Positions 40,722-54,276 of a DNA stretch of 64,000 nt are shown here, piece by piece. A model generated the notes under the pieces. That model saw only the letters and a program-made list of their open reading frames with translations, was not told the origin of the DNA and did no database searches. Every line of letters begins with the position of its first letter. Position 1 is the first letter of the stretch. Source of the DNA: Octopus sinensis (lineage: Eukaryota); contig NC_042999.1 of assembly GCF_006345805.1 (NCBI RefSeq), positions 30,194,001 to 30,258,000 on the forward strand, read 5' to 3'. Made by a program: the position numbers and the translations under genes.

Positions 40722-43096
40722 CCGGAGTAAACACATAAATGTGAAGCAAGGTTGAAAAAAAGAGTACTCAAATACCAGTGGTAGAGTAATATGCTTTATT
40801 TTAAGCAGCAGAAAATTCAACAAAATCTGTTACTCTGAGTTTCTCGTTGCCGTTCATCAGACAGTTTTTGCTAGAATGGAACCGATATATCAATTCAATC
40901 TAGACTCTTACGAACGCTACACCTTTAAAAAGAAATGGACTTGTTTGATTGGCCCTTTAGAAAAAACGGTCAATCTTCGAGCAATAAACAAAAAGGTCAA
41001 AAATATATGTATATATATATAAAAAAACTTATAAAAATTATAAAATCCGAGGAAAATCTTACATTGAATAAAATACATATTGACATTAATGAAGAAGGTA
41101 TAAATTAATGCATAGAAATTAAACCTGTTATTAATATTACACTGCAATGCATATTTATATTAAGATGTACATATATATATCAACATACACATATATACAT
41201 CAACATACACATGCGCGCAAATGCCATACATATATAGACGTATGAATATAAATCTAAATATACCCATAAATGCATGTGTACATATATTCACGCAAAACAT
41301 CTCGCACGCAAGATAAAAATCATCTATGTAGCGATTCTCATATACTGAGTAAGGGGGGAAACGAAAGAAAGGAAGAGAGAGAAAAAGGAACGAAGGAGGG
41401 GTGGGGAAAAAACGAAATAAGAAAAAGAAAAAATTATGTATACAAGCTATGTAACGGCGTTATTGGCATATATGGAGACAAGTATACAAGCACAAGTTCG
41501 AATGGATACATATACATACAGTCGTGTATATGTGTGCTTAAGCACAAACATACTCTCACTTGCACATACACAGATACGCATGCTTACAAATACATAGTTA
41601 TACACATACTTATATCAATATTCTAATTTTGACAACATTGCTTTTAAAAAAAACATTGCTTTTTAAAAAAAAAAATGGATGCATTAATAAAAATATATAC
41701 GAAAGACATATAAAATAAAATATAACACCCTATTTTGGATCATTTATAAATAATCAAGGTAATATAAATAATGAAGGTAATCCTATACAATACAATAACA
41801 TGGAGACAAGTCGGAGGTTTTTCCTAATGTATATGTAGAAACATAAGACTTTGCTATACGGATTAAGATCGTAGCGCTCATCGTTCAAGAGTCAAAATCA
41901 AAATTTCAAAAATCAAAAATACAAAATATATACTCTATCCATATGGTATATTTATATTCGACATTTTAAATTTAGCCGCGTCCCTACATAAGTTCATTAG
42001 CTCACTTCTTTGATTCAAAGAATTATTGTCTTTGAATAAGATGTACATTTTTTCTAACAGACAAAATTTGCACTTGAAATTATTTTTGTATGCTCCATGC
42101 CTGTATGGTGCCGCCCTGTCCAGAATGCTCCATGTCACGTTGAAAGGTGGGGCTTCCTTTTCTTTTAGTTCCCAGACATATTTTGCCAGGCTGGTCCTCT
42201 TCCTATTCTCTAGGTATTTAAATGAATTTTTATGAGAATAAAATCTTGTTTTAAATGAATTTTCTGAAGCCCCTGTGTATGTCTTGTATTCCGATGAGCC
42301 TTCCACTTGCACCTTGGCTCTATAAACTACTCCTTTCACTAGACATTTCTCTTCTAACGGACAGGAGCTTTCGTTTTTACAATTGCATTTCTTAATGGGC
42401 TCGGCACCATGTCTAATCTCAATTAGCTACCTATTATGTTGGCTAATGTAAGAGGCGAAATTTCTGCAACAAGAATAGCTAACTTCAGGGTTCTTCTATT
42501 AAATATCCTATGTAATTTATGACCCTGCTTAAAATGCTTAGAGACTAATCTCAAAAATTCCTTACCTATATTAGTCTTTACGGCCAAATTGAAAGCCGGA
42601 TTGAACCACAAAACTTTCCTGGTCCTAGTTCTTCGTGCAGCATTATTATCAGCATTAAGCTGGTTGAACTGGATCTTCTCAGAGAATCCACTATTCTTTA
42701 ATGCGCTATCGTAATAAGGTGCAGCATTATGGAATGCTGCCTCGTCCGAAGAAATTGAAGATATTCTTCTACCTACATTGCTGACTAAGTTCCTAAGGAT
42801 AACTGGTGGATGGTTCGAATCTTTGCTAATATACGATAGCTTTTCATTGGGCTTACGGAAAGGTTTAAATCTATCCGATCTTACATTAAAATTTACGTCT
42901 AAAAAATCTACACTATTCAGGTTAGCATCTATCGTAACCCGTAAGCCCATCCTTTGAAAGAAAGCTATGAGGTCCTTCCTAAGTCTATCTGATTCATGGC
43001 CGTTTAGATTATGCGTGGCTATAAGGCCGTCATCCCTATATAAACCTGCATCTATAAATGGGAATTCTATTTTTAGGTTAAGGAGAATAAAGGCTC
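40722..43096 (-). mobile_element. Left arm of the palindromic PLE (5'-truncated RT, GIY-YIG, long 3' region with hammerhead at 40827-40864)
   Basis: ORFs 42423-43124 and 41935-42339 are nearly identical to those of the right arm; a 1-nt deletion near 42487 shifts the RT frame. Confidence 0.95.
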
Positions 43097-43187
43097 TGGT
43101 TATGTCCAGAATGATCCATGTCACGTTGAAAGATGGGGCTTCCTTTTCTTTTAGTTCCCAGACATATTTTTAGTTCCCAGACATATT

Positions 43188-46100
43188 TTCGATGTACCGA
43201 TGGGGGCATACGACGGGGCTGAGTTATGTATGCTAATAGGAGCTTTTATTCTCCATAACCTAAAAATAGAATTCCCATTTATAGATGCAGGTTTATATAG
43301 GGATGACGGCCTTATAGCCACGCATAATCTAAACGGCCATGAATCAGATAGACTTAGGAAGGACCTCATAGCTTTCTTTCAAAGGATGGGCTTACGGGTT
43401 ACGATAGATGCTAACCTGAATAGTGTAGATTTTTTAGACGTAAATTTTAATGTAAGATCGGATAGATTTAAACCTTTCCGTAAGCCCAATGAAAAGCTAT
43501 CGTATATTAGCAAAGATTCGAACCATCCACCAGTTATCCTTAGGAACTTAGTCAGCAATGTAGGTAGAAGAATATCTTCAATTTCTTCGGACGAGGCAGC
43601 ATTCCATAATGCTGCACCTTATTACGATAGCGCATTAAAGAATAGTGGATTCTCTGAGAAGATCCAGTTCAACCAGCTTAATGCTGATAATAATGCTGCA
43701 CGAAGAACTAGGACCAGGAAAGTTTTGTGGTTCAACCCGGCTTTCAATTTGGCCGTAAAGACTAATATAGGTAAGGAATTTTTGAGATTAGTCTCTAAGC
43801 ATTTTAAGCAGGGTCATAAATTACATAGGATATTTAATAGAAGAACCCTGAAGGTTAGCTATTCTTGTTGCAGAAATTTCGCCTCTTACATTAGCCAACA
43901 TAATAGGTAGCTAATTGAGATTAGACATGGTGCCGAGCCCATTAAGAAATGCAATTGTAAAAACGAAAGCTCCTGTCCGTTAGAAGAGAAATGTCTAGTG
44001 AAAGGAGTAGTTTATAGAGCCAAGGTGCAAGTGGAAGGCTCATCGGAATACAAGACATACACAGGGGCTTCAGAAAATTCATTTAAAACAAGATTTTATT
44101 CTCATAAAAATTCATTTAAATACCTAGAGAATAGGAAGAGGACCAGCCTGGCAAAATATGTCTGGGAGCTAAAAGAAAAGGAAGCCCCACCTTTCAACGT
44201 GACATGGAGCATTCTGGACAGGGCGGCACCATACAGGCATGGAGCATACAAAAATAATTTCAAGTGCAAATTTTGTCTGTTAGAAAAAATGTACATCTTA
44301 TTCAAAGACAATAATTCTTTGAATCAAAGAAGTGAGCTAATGAACTTATGTAGGCACGCGGCTAAATTTAAAATGTCGAATATAAATATACCATATGGAT
44401 AGAGTATATATTTTGTATTTTTGATTTTCGAAATTTTGATTTTGACTCTTGAACGATGAGCGCTACGATCTTAATCCGTATAGCAAAGTCTTATGTTTCT
44501 ACATATACATTAGGAAAAACCTCCGACTTTGTTTCCATGTTATTGTATTGTATAGGATTACCTTCATTATTTATATTACCTTGATTATTTATAAATGATC
44601 CAAAATAGGGTGTTATATTTTATTTTATATGTCTTTCGTATATATTTTTATTAATGCATCCATTTTTTTTTTTTAAAAGCAATGTTTTTTTTTAAAAGCA
44701 ATTTTGTCAAAATTAGAATGTTGATATAAGTATGTGTATAACTATGTATTTGTAAGCATGCGTATCTGTGTATGTGTAAGTGAGAGTATGTTTGTGCTTA
44801 AGCACACATATACACGACTGTATGTATATGTATCCATTCGAACTTGTGCTTGTATACTTGTCTCCATATATGCCAATAACGCCGTTACATAGCGTGTATA
44901 CATAATTTTTTCTTTTTCTTATTTCATTTTTCCCCACCCCTCCTTCGTTCCTTTTTCTCTCTCTTCCTTTCTTTCGTTTCCCCCCTTACTCAGTATATGA
45001 GAATCGCTACATAGATGATTTTTATCTTGCGAGCGAGATGGTTTGCGTGAATATATGTACACATGCATTTATGTGTATATTTAGATTTATATTCATACGT
45101 CTGTATATGTATGGCGTTTGCGCGCATGTGTATGTTGATGTATATATGTGGATGTTGATATATATGTGTTAGTTAGTTAGTTAGTTAGTTAATTTGGCTC
45201 AAAAGCAAATAGCAAGGCCATGTAGGGGGACATGGAGTTAAGTACAGGGTGGTGTTCATGTAAAGAGTTCAGGCCACTTGAGGTCCAGGGAGGCTTTGAA
45301 CAAAGCGGTCGTCGGCATCTTCACCATCTCGTCTGGCAGCTTGTTCCACGGATCCGCAACCCGGACGGAGAAAGCTCCTCTCCTTCGATTGAGATGAAAT
45401 CGTCGCAGGTAGAGCTTTTCGGAATGACCCCGCAGCCGACGCTCCGGAGCAGGAGTAAAGAACAGCTCTTTCGAGAGGTTACACTTCCCGCTTATGATGT
45501 TGTGGTCGAGAATGAGATCACCACGGCGGCGGCGTTTTTCAAGAGAACAAAGGTCGAGCGTCCTCAGTGTTTCTTCGTAGGACAAATTTTTGAGACCATG
45601 AACCATGCGGGTAGCCAGCCTCTGAACTCTTTCGAGGTGCTGTATGTCTTTGAGGAGATAAGGAGAAGAGGCTTGAATCCCATACTCCAATATGGGTCTC
45701 ACCAGCGTGACATAGAGTGGCAGGAATATGGCTGCTGTGAGCATTCCGAATGACCGTCGAATCAAAAACAGAATTCCGCGCGCTTTGTTGGCAGCATGAA
45801 CGCACTGGGCCGAAGGCGAAAAGGAGGAATCCACCAAGATACCCAGGTCCTTTACCTGATCGGTCCTCTCCAGCAGCAGACGACCCGGCTCGAAATCAAG
45901 TTGAGTTGCAGGAGTAGAGCCGACAGGCAGATGACAGCACTTCGACACGTTCAGACACAGGTCCCAATCGTTAGACCACTTCCAAATTTGGTGGAGGCAT
46001 CGGCGAAGATCATCTATACTACCGCGAGGAGCGACCAGTTTGATATCGTCGGCAAATAGAAGGGTGTGTTGCGTGATGTCGTCGGGCAAGCCATTTATGA

Positions 46101-46822
46101 AGACTAAGAACAACAAGGGCCCAAGCACTGAACCTTGAGGCACGCCACTGCTCGCACTGGAGACGTCGGACCGCGAACCATTAACTTGAACTTGGAAGGA
46201 GCGATCTGAGAGGAAGGCACCAACCCATCGTACAATATCCGGATGGAAACTATATGCTTGAAGCTTGACAAGTAGTAGGCGGTGGTTTACCGAGTCAAAA
46301 GCTTTGGCAAAGTCCAATAAAACGATGTCAACAGCATCACTATCATCGAGGATGCGCGTCACCAGTTCTTCCATTACTAGTAAGTTGGTCAAGCATGATC
46401 TCTTCGGCACGAAGCCGTGTTGGGAATCAGTGATCGAGGCTATGTACATCTTAATATAAATATGTATTGCAGTGTAATATTTATAACAGGTTTAATTTCT
46501 ATGCATTAATTTATACCTTCTTCATTAATGTCAATATGTATTTTATTCACTGTAAGGTTTTCCTCGGATTTTATAATTTTTATAAGTTTTTTTATATATA
46601 TATACATATATTTTTGACCTTTTTGTTTATCGCTCGAAGATTGACCGTTTTTTCTAAAGGGCCAATCAAACAAGTCCATTTCTTTTTAAAGGTGTAGCGT
46701 TCGTAAGAGTCTAGATTGAATTGATATATCGGTTCCATTCTAGCAAAAAACTGTCTGATGAACGGCAACGAGAAACTCAGAGTAACAGATTTTGTTGAAT
46801 TTTCTGCTGCTTAAAATAGAGT
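43188..46822 (+). mobile_element. Right arm of the palindromic PLE (Hydra-like): RT 43188-43907, in-frame TAG, GIY-YIG to 44402, 3' region interrupted by CR1, hammerhead at 46751-46788
   Basis: FDVPMGAYDGAELC..GLYRDD..VDFLDV..SNHPP..VLWFNP; KKCNCKNESSCPLEEKCLVKGVVYRAKV..YTGASENSFKTRFYSHK..CLLEK..LNQRSE. CTGT-CTGATGA-A-CG(GCAA)CG-A-GAAAC-TCAGA-GTA-ACAG. Confidence 0.95.
45168..46440 (-). mobile_element. Young 5'-truncated CR1-clade LINE: intact ~395-aa RT ORF, (CTAA)n tail, 5-bp TSD TATGT
   Basis: QHGFVPKRSCLTNLL, LDFAKAFDSV, SGVPQGSVLGPLLF, LFADDIK, VRPILEY, LERVQR, LEKRRRRGDLI. TATGT at 45163-45167 and 46441-46445; the empty site is preserved in the left PLE arm. Confidence 0.95.
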
Positions 46823-46829
46823 ATATATG

Positions 46830-46882
<53 letters not shown>

Positions 46883-46907
46883 TATATATAATTTCCCACA
46901 ATAAGGA

Positions 46908-47224
46908 TATAAAAAATTTGGAAAAAACACCTTCTCAATTCAAAATGAACAATTAAATTACACCATCTAGAAAATTACATATAATAGAAAAGTTAAAATG
47001 AAAATAACAATAAGATGTAAAGATTAAGTAAATTGCAAAAATAATAATAATAATGTAAATAATAGGTATTATATACGTTTTTAGTATTATTTTTGCAATT
47101 TACTTAATCATTGACATTTTATTGTTATTTTAATTTTAACTTTTCTATTATATGCAATTTTCTAGATGGTGTAATTTAATCGTTCATTTTGAATTGATAA
47201 GCGTTGTCTTTTTCTGATTTTATA
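46908..47224. repeat. Foldback (hairpin) element between (TA)n tracts; core arms 46935-47046 and 47085-47197
   Basis: TCAATTCAAAATGAACAATTAAATTACACCATCTAGAAAATT...GCAAAAATAATA is mirrored with few mismatches across a ~38-nt spacer. Confidence 0.88.
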
Positions 47225-47228
47225 TATA

Positions 47229-47263
<35 letters not shown>

Positions 47264-49389
47264 AGAGCTTGTTCGACTAAGTAGATAGTTTAGCGTGATA
47301 ACTCTCCAATGAATGGCTCATTGTAATAATGTAGGCATTCATTGATTTATACAAACGGAATTCATCAGTATGCAAATACAATCTCAATCTGGGTAAACTA
47401 TTTTGTGTTGATCTTTAAACAGTTAATAACATAGTGAAGTTTTGGAATGAAGAAGTGAAACTGCTCTCTGAAGAAGACGCCTGAGAGTCTATTAAAATAT
47501 CGTGAAAGAACAAAGCTGACAATTAAACCAGAAGTTATTTAATATGGAACTGCAACTGTTAGAGACATTGCATATTTTATCGACACCTCACTGTTCTGCG
47601 TAGCAACAGTATTGTAAGATCTTGGATATGAAAGAAATGTAGCATGAAAGCAGTTATTGATATCAAACGCTATAAAATAGAAAAAAAGTATCTCCAGGGG
47701 CAAAGCTTTCTGTAGCAAGAAAGAATTAAAAGAATCTTTCAATTGAATGCCAAGAGATTCTGAGTAGCACAAGCAAAGCATAGGAGGTGGTGGTTTGTGG
47801 TTATCAAGGAATTGTTTCAGTCAATGAGTTGTAATTATATCTCTAGGAAAAGAATTTGAGCTAGAATGATCAGTACTCCGGTTTTGTTGTAAATCATTTA
47901 AATGGCTCAAAATATTGTCAAAAACGCCAGAGAGGATTTGATGTTAATAAAACGCATCAATTCCAATTTAAGAATTGAGAAAAAGCTCTCTTCAAGATGG
48001 TAGAGCATTATACTACACAAACAACACGTTACAAAATTTGCAAAGGAATTCACAAAATGATGCTCTGAGATGAATTATCAGACCCCCGAATTAGAACAAT
48101 ACAATGCGTTGTAAAATTTCTATTACTTTAACCACGATTTTGATCTTCATCACTCTCAGATGTGACAGATATGTAAGTATGCATGTATGTGTGTGCTTAC
48201 GTGTACGTATGTGCGTGAGCGAGTGTGTGTACGCGTGCGTATGTGTGATTGTGTGTGTGAGTGTGTATATGTATATGTGTGTGTGTGTGAGTGTGTGTAT
48301 GTGTTTGTATGTTTAGTCCACTTAATATAGTAAATATTCTTGTAGATCGACGGCTACTTTCTTCCATGCGTAGTATGAACTAAGACGTATAACTCAGGGT
48401 TGAGTTACGATATTGTTTTCTAGGGTCCAGTAATTGAACAACCATTTACAGATATATGGTGAACCTAGACAAAAAAAACACAAAATAATAAGGAAAAATC
48501 AAATCCCATTAACTTGATTGTAGTTTGCCTCCATTCAATGATGTCTCTTATATTCGCATGAAATACATAGGAGTTTTAACTTTTCCTAAGCATTTGATAA
48601 CCGGCAATATGAACACCATCCTTCATTTGCAGGTACGTAACACAGTTATTTTCTCTCGCCGATATGCCTGAAGTAAAGTGTGTAGTTGGTGTAAGACTGC
48701 AATCCTGACGTGTAACACAGTCAACATTCATCACCATTATTTTTAGGCCAGCAAAGGCTACAAAAGGAAGAAATCTAAGTACAAAATCAAAGACGCTGCT
48801 ACAAGATAAACACTGTTTGTCATCCTCCCTACTGATTTAACTGATGACATAACCATTTCGTCATACTCGCAGAAAACCCTCTTATACACTCACACACATG
48901 CACACACACATATATACACATATATATAATTATTTTATTGTCTTCTATTAGTTTGTAGCTGCTGTCATGCTGGGGCACCAAAGTGGTTTTGCAGGTTTCC
49001 TCTGGCTGGTGGGATTTCACACCATCACTTGCGCATTTGGAATGCATTTGTCCCAGCTGTTGGCCCATTTGGGGTAGGAGAGAGTTTAATTCCGCTGCCC
49101 TCATCTATACCACATGATGAGCCGTTGTTTCATCCGGTATTGTGGACAGGAACATGTCTAGTAAATTTCGAATACATCTATACACAATTATATACATATC
49201 TTAACTTTTGTAGCAAGGCATTGAAGAGCTGTTGGACTTTGAAACCTAGACTATTTCAGTACCTAGTCTTGAATTTAGATGGTGTGGATGGTGCCTTTCA
49301 TAAAATACAAAGGCGTCCATCCACACCATATATATGTATGTATGACGTATGTATGTATGTATGCATGTATGTATGTATGTATATATACA

Positions 49390-49749
49390 TATAACAAATT
49401 TAGAGACGGACCACCATTCCACAACTCAGTCACTGAACCCGTTCAAAGCCATGCTGTGGGACATATTCCATACAAAATGCTAATCTAAAATTTTAATAAT
49501 ATATATGTTATCGACAGATAAGTAATGTTTTTTAAAATTTATTCTAAGCAATATCGACACGCGTTTGTTATTAACTTCATGCACTAACACATATTTACAT
49601 ATATTTTCTCAATAATGAATTAATCATGTTCACAACAATACTCTATTTGAATATTTTAGTTCGTAACTTTTAATAATATTAATGTATTTAACTTAGGGAT
49701 TGCATTACAGGTTTTGTTTCTATATGTATGTGTATATATATATTATATA

Positions 49750-49814
<65 letters not shown>

Positions 49815-49837
49815 CATATAGATATATATATATATAT

Positions 49838-49880
<43 letters not shown>

Positions 49881-49969
49881 ATATAGATATATACATATAT
49901 ACATATATGTATATATATATATATAATATATATATGTATATATATATATTATATATATCATATATATAT

Positions 49970-50003
<34 letters not shown>

Positions 50004-50038
50004 ATTATATATATATGTATATATATATATATATATAT

Positions 50039-50070
<32 letters not shown>

Positions 50071-50572
50071 AGTATGTATGTATGTATATATATGTTTATT
50101 CCTTATCTATTATGAGGTAAGTTAAACTTTTCGTTTTAGAGGTCTATTTTTAGAAATTTGTCCTGGCTATTGACTGCATTTGGGAGTAAAATAATTTTTT
50201 TCGTTCTGATGAACTTGGATATAGGTTTCATATATGATTTTATATAGTCCTAATTCAGCCATGAAACGCGCGCGTTGTCGATGTACAAGTACTTACTTTT
50301 TATACATTATAGTATTGTATTAATTTTTTATTGTTGACTTTATACTTTATTTGATTTAGATTAATTTTTTTTATGGAAAATATTTTTTGTGTGGTATTCG
50401 CTATGATTTTTAAACTATGCTCTTATATATGATATGATTTTAATAATCTTACTGTTCAATATTATATATTATTAAAATTTTAGATTAATATTTTGTATGG
50501 TATGTCTCACATTATGGTTTTGGACGGGTTCTTCCTTGACTGAGTTGTGGAATGGTTTCTAAATTAGTTATA
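49390..50572. repeat. Diverged inverted repeat pair (49390-49505 and 50463-50572) around a large (TA)n
   Basis: ACCATTCCACAACTCAGTCA and CCATACAAAAT..TAATCTAAAATTTTAATAATATATA both occur as reverse complements. Confidence 0.75.
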
Positions 50573-50665
50573 TACCTATAATGTATGTTATATATTATGA
50601 AATTCCGTCTAATATTATTATAATGAATGTTACCTGTAAGTTTGGAATAATAATTTATTCCCATA

Positions 50666-50721
<56 letters not shown>

Positions 50722-50723
50722 TC

Positions 50724-50832
<109 letters not shown>

Positions 50833-50999
50833 GTGTGTGTGTGTGTACCTGTGTGTATGTACGTATGCTTATATGTCTGCAATTCCCATCCCCACTATCG
50901 CTTGACAGCTGCTTAATGGTAAAGTAAAAAGCGACCGATAGAATTAGTACTAGGCTCACAGCGGTTAGGTCTTGGGGTAGATTTTTCGGATAGCGGTAC

Positions 51000-52300
51000 T
51001 ACTCCATTATGGCCGCAATAAAATGTGTGAAACAAATAGAATAACTAGTTACAGTAGCTGCCCGATTGACTATGGACGTATCTAAGAGAGTTATTATAAA
51101 CAGTAATTGCCCTAGGACAGTGCCCTGGGTGACTACATTTAGGATTTGTGTTTCCTCCGGAATGACCCCATAGACTGCCACTTTCTGCCGTCTGTGTTGC
51201 AGCCATTCTCCCAGTTTACTTCCAATGCCAAGACTTCGCTGATTATGACATATCATGTCATAATCTATCTTGTTAAATATCTTTGCAAAATTAGGATATG
51301 TCAGAATAACATCTGAATGGCCAAGCTGCCTTTTAAAAACTGCCTTTTAAGTCATAGTGCAGTAAAGGTTCTGTGAGTCAACTTCTTCCTGGACGAAAGC
51401 CATGCTGTGTAATGTTTAGTACGTCATTTCCTTCTAGGAACATTATTAGATACTTTCTGATGATTCGTTCCATGACTCTACTGATATGTAATGTCAGAGA
51501 GATTGGTCTGTAGATTTTAGACTCTGCTCAACTTAATGTTGATGTAATCGAGAGTTAGCGCCTTCTTTCATAGGGCTTCGGTATTAGATAATTGAGCTGG
51601 GCTTTTATCTGCATATGACCCAAAGTGAGGACACTTTTAAATGTTTCACAGTTTACCTCACTTATCATTTGTTGGTTCGCTATCTGGTTGTTTCTTTTCA
51701 GAATATATAGAAAACTTTAGGATTTGTTTTTATGATTTCCATATCTATTTTTTGTCTCTCTCTTCTTACAATTCGTGAGTGAGTTTCATCTACTTTTCGA
51801 TTTCTGTGCCTTTCCGTATTAAAATAGACCACTTCAGTTTCCTATTCAATTAGTTTGAGTCCTTTCATCTGTGTCTCATAAGGATTTTTGTCTCTCTAGG
51901 AATCGTGGTTGTCGGTACAGTAGCCTTCATTTCTGGAGTATATTGGATGCTTACATCTTGCTTTGTTGACATAAACTGACTGAGTATAAAACAATGCCTT
52001 ACATGATAGAATATTGGACTAGTTTCATTGGCGGATCTCTTCGTAGATTGATTCCAATTTTGCTTTATTGAAATTCAAGTTGGATATCGTTTGAGTACTC
52101 CTGATGGGGAAAATGACAGCGGTTTTCTGAAGACCACACTTAGTTCAAAATATTGTGGTCTGGCTGTTGGAATCACCTTCGCATATGGATACGGTCCATG
52201 TTAATTCTAAAGCACATATCTAAGATGTTGCTCCTGGTTTACTTGACTATCATTTGTTCCATTAATAGGAAATTAGGAAATTCAGGTAATGCTTTTCTAC
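51000..52300 (-). mobile_element. Old degraded CR1-type LINE (APE remnant plus RT)
   Basis: RVMERIIRK.LI.FLE, QHGFRPGRS, FAKIFNKIDY, RRQKVAV, VTQGTVLGQLLF; many stops. Confidence 0.75.
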
Positions 52301-53400
52301 ATGCAGTAACATCCCTGAGGGCATGTAGCCTTCCGGCATTTAAAATTTGGCACGTTTTATTTATCCAGGAGATGTATACTGATGCCCTGATTTATGTTTG
52401 TCGATAACTCTTCTATGTGTCTGAGGCTATCTTAAATTTAGCAGTCGTATTTCGTGGTATTTGACGGACGGTGTGTTGTGTATACAACTATTTCAACTTC
52501 CTTTATATACATAATTAAGGTGACCCGAACTGAGTTTGAATTCGCCAGCTATACAAGAGCAATACAAGTTTGCGGATGTACAGACCAAATCGACCGTGGA
52601 TACACTGTTATCTATATGTATAAGAGGATACACTGTTATATATATTTCTGCATCATTTATATTAGAGATTAGATGAGTTTCAATGATTGCCATACATATA
52701 GCTAGAATGTATGCAGCAAGCGTTTTTACATAGAGAATTTTAGCTCTGTTGCTGAGTATTAGTAGAACTCTGATGATTAATGTGTGAGTGTACGCGCGAG
52801 CGTGTGTGTATGTGCATAACCTTTTTGTGCATGTAAATATGGCGTTTTCTTATGTTTTGTACATTAGATTTCACTTCGGTCATTGCTTTAGACTTCTATT
52901 TATAAAACTTTTTTTAAGTATTAATAGTACGACATCTATATGTGTAATAATCAGACGCATTGAATTTAAGATAAGATGTGTATATTCAGAAGAATCTGCA
53001 GATAATTCCACGCACATGACTGTTAGTACTCGTTATCTGAATAGACATCTTACAATATTCTATATTTTAGTTCTTATCTAGTTCACAAACAAACTGAACA
53101 GCAACTGCAGACGGGAGAAAATAGTTTTCTTGCATTTAATATTATAGTAAAAACGATTTTGATGTTTAAGCTTCCCTATGTATTTACATATCAAATGCGG
53201 AAGCATATCGCCCATTATCTTCCCTTCTAGTGCCTTTATGTCTGGTGGGATAACGGTAATAAAATTAAATTTGACTAGAGATAGACCATATTTACTTTGA
53301 ATGACAATTTTTTCCCTGTGTTTTCCTGCTACACGAGAAGATGTGTCTACTGAGGAAGTGATGGACCAGCCCACTCGAATGGCTTTCTTTCACAACTTAC

Positions 53401-53468
53401 CCCGTGCGTAATATCGGTCACAAAGCTGCGCATGAGTCCTAGATTTTAGTATGCAATTGTATTATCTT
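53401..53468 (-). other. Candidate exon (possible 5'UTR plus start MRSFVTDITHG)
   Basis: Acceptor CTCTTTTTTTGTTTTGCAG and donor GGG|GTAAGT; ATG at 53433. No homology recognised. Confidence 0.3.
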
Positions 53469-54200
53469 CTGCAAAACAAAAAAAGAGTGAATCTTTTCGA
53501 CGGGACAGAGCGCTGGTCAATTTAATTGAACCCAGTGATTAACTGGTACTCAGTTTATAGAGCCCCAAATCGTAAAAGGCAGATATTGACCTCTCTAGAT
53601 GTTGAACTCAAACTCAAAGTCGGAATCATCACTGCAAATCATTTTATACGACGTACTAAGGAATCTACCAGTTCGTTAACTTTTATAGCCTCTATCCCTT
53701 GAAATTATTTAACAATTTAACATATTATGAAAATATTTCTAGGCACACTCTCGCTAGGTAAGTTAAATTTAAAGAAAAGGTAGCTGTCACACTTTGTCTA
53801 TATTTTCCCTGATTCCGATCTGTTTTGGTTACTAAAGTCCTGTAATATGTCATAGGCAAAAAGATAGAAGTGGTATTCACATAAATAATATGCAGGTAAT
53901 TGAATATATTCAATCGTTAATAGTGCATGCACTTTACAAAGCATAATTCAAATGCATCAATAAAACAGTGAAGATCGGAGTTTCCAGTAGTGAAGTATCG
54001 GAAAATATGCAAAAGTAGTAGCTTTAGGGCATTGCAGCAGCTTCAACAATGTAAATATTTGTATGAAACTTCATGTGTGCATTTCGAACTGCTTCGTAAC
54101 ACGTCTACAAATGTTCACAATATTTGTTAGTATGTTTGTATTCATTAAATGGAATGATGGAACCGTATTTTGATGTTGCAGTTTACTGAACGAAAAGGTT

Positions 54201-54276
<76 letters not shown>

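Noticed and set aside
43908-43910. Selenocysteine recoding in the PLE linker
   Set aside because: The codon is TAG, not TGA, and no SECIS was seen.
45168-45192. (TTAG)n as a telomere-like repeat
   Set aside because: It is the 3' tail of the CR1, bounded by a TSD.
47470-47500. CTGAAGA-A-GAC...GTC hammerhead-like start
   Set aside because: The GAAA core and stem III are absent.
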